29,383 nt of DNA, from positions 62,001-91,383 of the forward strand of contig CAJVPI010000015.1 in the NCBI GenBank assembly GCA_910592345.1. Direction: 5' to 3'. How positions within the stretch are numbered: the stretch's first letter is position 1; every line of letters starts with the position of its first letter. Both the position numbers and the translations under genes were made by a program. The notes under the pieces are model-generated. The model saw nothing but the letters and a program-made list of their open reading frames with translations, was not told the origin of the DNA and ran no database searches. The DNA is from Paraglomus brasilianum (lineage: Eukaryota). Positions 23,232 to 29,383 of this stretch are shown here, one piece after another.

Positions 23232-25593
23232 TTACTTACGAAACAATGATCCTAATGATCCTAATGCGCTACCAACTAAGCTATTAAGTCCAAAACCAAG
23301 CGCAGAACCTAATACGCGATCCCAGAAACTTTTCTTTTTCTTTTGCGCTTCGTGTAACTGATTTTGTAAGCCTGCCAACTGCTCTTTATAATACCTATTC
23401 ATGTCTTCGAGTGCTTTCTCGTTTTGAGCTCTAAGTTCTTCCATACCCGCTACTGCTTCCCGTTGCTTTGCCATGACTTCCTCAATCTCTTCGCTCTTTG
23501 CATCCAACGCTTCCTTTATGGTTTGCACTTGTTGATCGCGCTCCAACAACTTGTTGTTAAGCTCCATTTCTCTCTGAGTAAGTTCCAGGTATTGTTCACT
23601 AAGTTTCTCTCGTTCTTTCATTTCTGCGGCCAGTTTCTCGTTGAATACTTTGAAGTTTGTAAGAGTGTCGATCGCGGCTTTGTAATAGTTTTCCTTATAA
23701 TGCTTTAACGCTTCCATGGCCTCGGGAGATTCGATCCAGCGTTGTACAAGTTGCTGTTCAAAATTTGTAATGGCTCCGCGAAATTCGTCTTCAGTCTAAT
23801 CATAAAGAACATATATTAGTTAAAGCGTGAATTGTCAAATCTCAATGATAGAATTTCATACAAATTCACTATTCTCGTTCAAGCCGCGGTGAATAAATAC
23901 TTACGAATAACTGGTCAAATTTCAACCCTGGTTCAATCAGCTGAATCCATAGTGTCTTGGCCTGCGCAATATTGAATGCATACAACTCTTTTGAATTTTT
24001 ATCTTGATATGGCTTCTTAGCTTCTGCCATATCGCGTTGGAATTTCTCCTTAAACCCGTCAATTTGCTTTAAAGTCCCAACGAGCCCTCCTACATATTCT
24101 TTCATAATGGTGTCAAAAATTGTCTGATGTATTGCAACAAACTCATTCCAAGGCATCGGTACAGACTCTGCCAACTTCTCTAAAGCTTGTCGATACAACC
24201 CAAGACACTTGTCTCGCATGTTTTGTGCTACGTATTGGGTGACGGTTTCATATTCATTTGGAATAGATAGATGAGCATTGTTTTCTGGGTCGTTCATCTT
24301 CTCCACACAATCAGTAAGAAACTTTGCAAAGGATAAACCGTTCATTCTCAGGTGGCCTATATACTTGGGTTCGAGTGTCCTGTATATCTTCCTTACGGAT
24401 TCGGCTGCTTCTTCAACAAATTCCTCATCAAGATCGGTTGTGCTAACTGCTTGCATCTGTTGAAGGCGCTTGCCTCCGACTCCTGGGTGCTACATTGTTA
24501 ACAATTGCTTATTTAGTAAGAACGATTATATGTAACTTTATGAGAAAGAAGTTAAAATGTGCATACAGGTAAAGCAAAGACACTGAATTCTTTGAATGAT
24601 TTTTTAATGCCTTCAGCAGCTATTGATGTTGGGGAAAAAGAGAAAAAACGTTAGCTTTAGCACATCTTTCTGCATATGCAAAAACTAGACAAAACAATAT
24701 ACCTTCGCGACTGGTTTTGGCCAGGTGATTCAAAAAGTATTTTTTTAACGAATCCGGTCTCTCTAGGCCGAAATCTCTAAGCAGGATTACTAGATGGGGT
24801 AGGTACTTGCTGTTCTCTGGAGGTTGGATATATCTGGATAAATCCTGCATTAAAAACAACTTGCCAATGTCGCCACTTCCTACCACTCCGTTTATGTTGT
24901 AGATAAAAGTCGATGAAAGCACAAGGCAAAGAATGAACAACTTGGTCGCCCATTCCGCCTCTTGGTTCGGGTCGTCGATACCTTCGGTATCGAGCACAAC
25001 GACTCTGCGGTTGAAGATCATATTAATGTATGACTTGATGTGCTAAGTATAGAACATGGTAAGACGGACTAACTTTAAGATGATGTGTACCTTTTGCCTT
25101 CGTGAACAAAAGGTGTATCCCACATGTAGATACCCCTTGTACAGCCGGTAACTTGCGCTCCGAGTTCAAATCCATCATGTCGACCATGCAATGCATTGGC
25201 GTACCTAATAATTGTAATAAAATACTTAGCTAATTGGCCACACGCTTCGCTCCATTCATCGACTATTAACTACGATATCTTGTATACAAAATTCAATGGT
25301 AATATAATCTTACCATGACTTTCCTCTTCTGTACGAGCCGACTAAATATTCGAATAGTCAAAGTTAACTTTTTTTGTCAATTTTACGGCCGACATTGATA
25401 GAAATTGATATTTACCGACAGCTATTACTGCTACGGGCTCTTTTATCCGTTGTAATATCTTCAAAGCTTCGGGCACGACATAAATCTTTCCAAATTCATC
25501 AGAATCATTTTTCTCATATCTAACAAGTTGGATGGGTCTACCTTCTCGTAAGGGAATTCCGTGTACGAAGGGGTTTCCGGATGATGTTACCAT
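23232..25593 (-). CDS. Guanylate-binding protein (GBP/atlastin GB1-RHD3 family large GTPase), about 607 aa; exons 25593-25416, 25341-25314, 25204-25091, 25004-24703, 24619-24567, 24489-23905, 23795-23232
   Basis: EALKILQRIKEPVAVIAVVGSYRRGKS (G1), CTRGIYMW (G2), VLDTEG (G3), LSSTFIYN, ILLRDF (G4 RD), FALPHPG, helical middle domain and long coiled coil. Six GT-AG introns with consistent phases (1824 nt). Confidence 0.92.
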
Positions 25594-28500
25594 GTTGAAG
25601 GTGGGAAATACAACCGTACAGTCAACTCGAGTTAAATACTGTTCAGTGTTGACAACCGATCACTCCCTATTAAGTAAACAATGTCATCTCTTGCGTTTGT
25701 GAGACTATTTCAGGCTATGTTCCCTTGAAACTAGACATTTTAAGCGCATACAAGTTCGTTTATAACCCCTGTTAAAACCAGATATACTGTTTTAAATGTT
25801 TAAACTCAATGCTGTGACTTCCGATTTCGTAAAATTGGGCGTTTTTGTGAGAACCGATATGTGAACACAGTACTATTTTTGGGGCAAATCCGATAACAGA
25901 CGGAAAGAAAAACGCTTATCAGATACAAGCCAAAGAGGCGAAATCCATGGAGTTTAATCTCCGCGATTGTAGTAATAGTTCATTTATTTGTATTCTGGAT
26001 AATATAATATTCTACAATGCTATAGTATCAATATTGCTGTGCCCTCTTCTTTTATCGTAGAATCTACATTAACATCAGTAACATATTAATATCTGCAGTT
26101 TTGAAACAAAGAAAAAATAAGGTTACATATTTCGTTGTTCGGATGTTCAGATTTTGGTTTATGACGTTTGTTAAAGTTTGGGACGCTTCTTGTTCAATTG
26201 TCAGTTTGTCCTCTCACATTCATTCAAAATATCGAAACCTAGTATTTACAAACAGACTTGTATCGATACAAAAAGGTTTGTCAAACTATAATAATAATAA
26301 TATCGTTTATATAAAAGAAAACCCATTCAATGGTACATTTAATATCCAATTAGAACCCCTACTCTTTGACTATTAGTTTTATGGATTAAACTCGAGTGTT
26401 ATTATTATCATTAAGCCTTTATGGTGCCGGGAAAGTGACTGTATTTATTCCTTTTCTATCTTTACTATATTGTTAATCACTCATATTTGCAGCAGTCTAG
26501 ACTTATATAACAATTTTTAGTACACTCCTGCATAAATTCCCTCAAGGGCCTAGCCTTTTCCAATGTGAGACGGCCCCATCGTTATTTTTTTTGCGAGTTT
26601 CTGAGACCAGAGCCTGAATGTGGCTTACTGCATCTTTCACAAGATGATCGACATTGCAAATACTTCCTGCTAAACTTTTTGGCTAGGTAGTGGCCTTATA
26701 ACCGAAGTCGAGACAGCGGTCTCCCGTGACGCATTTCATTTGGCAATCTCTTTCGTCAGACTAAAATAAGTTTTTGTCGTCAAAAAAACCAAGACAGATC
26801 GACTTTGCGGAATGAGGATGTTCGATCAGGATATTAGATCAATTCATAAAATAGAAAGTGGTGTGCCGTATGAAGTAAGTCGTTATTTGAACCGAGAATA
26901 AGCGCTCTCTTTTATAGTACAATTATTACGTCAAGCATAATCCACAACAGACATTAACGGTAATTTCAAGAGGCGTACTATATTTGAAATAAAATTTATG
27001 ATCTGTATAAACTAAGGTGAGAGGTATTCTCTGGGTAGAATAATAGTTTCTTTATTTATATTGCATCGACACATTGACACGAATCCAACCTTAATCTTGG
27101 ACAATTTATGAGTATTGCTAAGGGCGACGTTCAATAAATGCCCAAAATTTATTATATTCCAGATTACTGATACCATAACTCGTTATTATATATGCCCAAT
27201 CAAATTGTAAATTGAGAAATACTAAATATTGACATTTACTTTAACAAATAAATTTCTTTTTAAATTTAAATAAACTTTTTTCAATATCTTAAATAAAAAT
27301 GTGTAATCCTTTTGCCTGCACATATTCTCCGATTTCCGACACACTTTTCTGTTCCGATAAATAGCTGCACAAGATTTTAGGGTTTCTGTCTCAGAACACT
27401 AGGCCATGTGTCTTGCGTAATGTGTAAGAGCAGGTTTCGAATTGATTTTTTTTAAACAACCTTAACTAAATTATATATATTACCAGCCAACACATTGCAA
27501 TTTTTTGTACACTAGATGCGCTAAATTTAGTATTAATTATACGGTAACGGTAATTGCAATTGCCCGTTATGTCAATATTCGCAAATGGTCGGTAACTACA
27601 AAATATTATTCTAGATTCAAAATTCGATTTCTCAACGAAGAAGCAAGATATTCAGGCAATTTTTTATAAACCTGGTAGCGGTTTTTTAAATTGCGTAAAG
27701 TCATATATGGATTAATTTTTAACAGTTTGAGTTGCATAATCTAATTTTAACGTTTTTCGTAGGATAGAAATCGCTCTAGGTAAATTCATGGTTTTACATA
27801 TAGTTGCAAATGTAGGGTGGTCGGTGACTTTTGAGACGAGACTTATCACATCTATTCATAAAGAGTACAATAATATTTAACCCGGGTATCATACTTTAGG
27901 CTTAATTTACTTTTACGCTTGTCTCATATCAGTAAAATCGTGATTAATAAGTATTTCTGAAATAGAATTCAATTTTGGGCGTTTATTTGAACGTCGCCTT
28001 TAACAATAACTCATAAATCGTCTAAGATTAAGGTTAGATTTGTGTCAATGTGTCGATGCAATGAAGAAACTATCATCCTGATCGATCGATCTTGGACATC
28101 CTCATTGCGCAAAGTCGATCATCGTTCTATCTGCGGCACTTACCTTGGTTTTTTTGACGATAATAACTTATTATAGTCCGACAAAAGAGATTTCCATATG
28201 GCTAATAATGAAAGACAAGTATGGTTCACCTGATTTATAGTCAAGCAAAAAAGTATTTGCAAATGTCGACCTGCAGGATAAAACCTCTGGTCTCGGAAAC
28301 TAATAGAAAAGGCTCTTGTAGTTTGCTAGACTGTCAAGGGACTTCACGACTGAGCGGAATTAATAAAATATTTACTCTTTGATAACTAAGTATACTATGA
28401 CATGGTCTCACATTGGAAAAGGTTGGAGGAGTATACTAAAAACTGTTTATACAAGTCAAATATGATAAACAATATAAGAAAAGGAATAAACACGGTCACT

Positions 28501-29383
28501 TCTTTCTCAGCACCATAAAGGCTTAATGATAATATTTATTAGAAAACTTTGTAGACAGAAAGTTGTACGTTTTTCCTTAACTTTGACTCGAGTAAAACAA
28601 CAACTCAAAGAGTAGGGATCCCCAACTAGATATTAATGTACCATTCGCTTTTATATAAGTGATGTGTAACTTAAATGTTATTATGGTTTGACAAACCTTT
28701 TTGTATCGATACAAGCCTGCTTGTAACAACTGGGTTTTGGCTATTTGAATGAAGTCGAAACCGCTTCTCTAGTATTTATGAGAGGATAAACTGACAATTG
28801 CGTTCCAAACTTAAACTAAGCCATAACCCAAAATCTGAACATCCGAACAATGAAATATGTAACCTTATTTTTTCTTTGTTTCAAGGCTGCAGATATGTAT
28901 GATAAAAAAGAAGGGGGCGTAGTAATATTGATACTATAGCATTGTAGAATATTATTTAATCTCGGATTATTCAGGATACAAATAAATGACTTTTACAACA
29001 ATCGCGGAGATTAAACTCCATGGATTCGCTTCGGCTTGTATCTGATAAGCGTTTCGTTTCATATTTCCGTCTGTTTGCTGATACGCTATCGGGTTCACAA
29101 TCGATTCTCACAAAAACGCCCAATTTACAAATTTGGGAAGTCACAACATGAGTTTAAAATTTAAAACAGTATATCTGGGTTTTAACAGGGGTTATAAACG
29201 GAAAATGTCTAGCCTCAATATCAAGTAGTCTCACAAACGCAAGAGATGACATTGGTGATCGATTGTCAACACCGAACAGTATTTAAATCGAGTTGACTGC
29301 GGTTGTATTTCCCATCTTCAACATGGTAACATCATCCGGAAACCCCTTCGGACACGGAATTCACTCACGAGAAGGTAGTCCCA
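25533..29383. repeat. Large imperfect inverted duplication: arms ~25533-27170 and ~27945-29383, spacer about 780 bp; may extend beyond the window
   Basis: Collinear reverse-complement blocks: 25681-25706 vs ~29227-29252; ataacccctgttaaaacc at ~25762 vs ~29178; 26101-26150 vs ~28835-28885; gcatcgacacattgacac at 27063 vs ~28043; gcgacgttcaa at ~27123 vs ~27988. Many indels between arms. Confidence 0.95.
29323..29383 (+). CDS. 5' start of a second GBP paralog or pseudogene, truncated by the window edge
   Basis: ATG at 29323 encodes MVTSSGNPFGHGIHSREGSP versus MVTSSGNPFVHGIPLREGRP in the minus-strand copy; 57/61 nt identical. Confidence 0.75.
   Translation, partial: MVTSSGNPFGHGIHSREGSP

Noticed and set aside
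26101..26376. 91-aa ORF in the left palindrome arm
   Set aside because: Non-ATG start, and the counterpart in the right arm has multiple indels, consistent with non-coding DNA.
25533..29383. Interpreting the inverted repeat as a giant-TIR transposon or an assembly artefact
   Set aside because: The arms include a host gene start and upstream region, no transposase is seen in the spacer, and the arms differ by many indels.

Overview
Eukaryotic, AT-rich, intron-containing genomic DNA. The gene families (short TRP-like channel, F-box/RNI-like protein, Hua1, pogo and Tc1 relics) point to an early-diverging fungus, most plausibly Mucoromycota/Glomeromycotina; this assignment is inference. By joining exons at GT(GC)-AG sites by hand I reconstructed: the 3' end of a TRP-like ion channel (+, to 713); a 2-exon F-box/LRR gene (-); a 2-exon Hua1-like proline-rich zinc-finger gene (-); a 4-exon type II membrane fucosyltransferase-like gene (-); an 11-exon membrane-anchored ICME/HSL-type alpha/beta-hydrolase (+); and a 7-exon guanylate-binding protein (GBP) GTPase (-). 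The first 61 nt of a second, inverted GBP copy lie at the right edge. The 1-12.4 kb region holds many non-autonomous or decayed DNA transposons (foldback-like element, four pogo/Tigger relics, a MITE), and a Tc1 relic lies near 22.5-23 kb. Top observations: (1) the hydrolase has an intact ORF but Ala in place of the nucleophile Ser and no GG oxyanion loop, so it is a candidate pseudoenzyme or receptor; (2) a head-to-head GBP pair in a >3.8 kb imperfect palindrome, with an unusual Gly/Leu-rich tail on the complete copy; (3) the fucosyltransferase-like gene lacks the conserved donor-binding Arg; (4) inverted pogo copies bracket the Hua1 gene.
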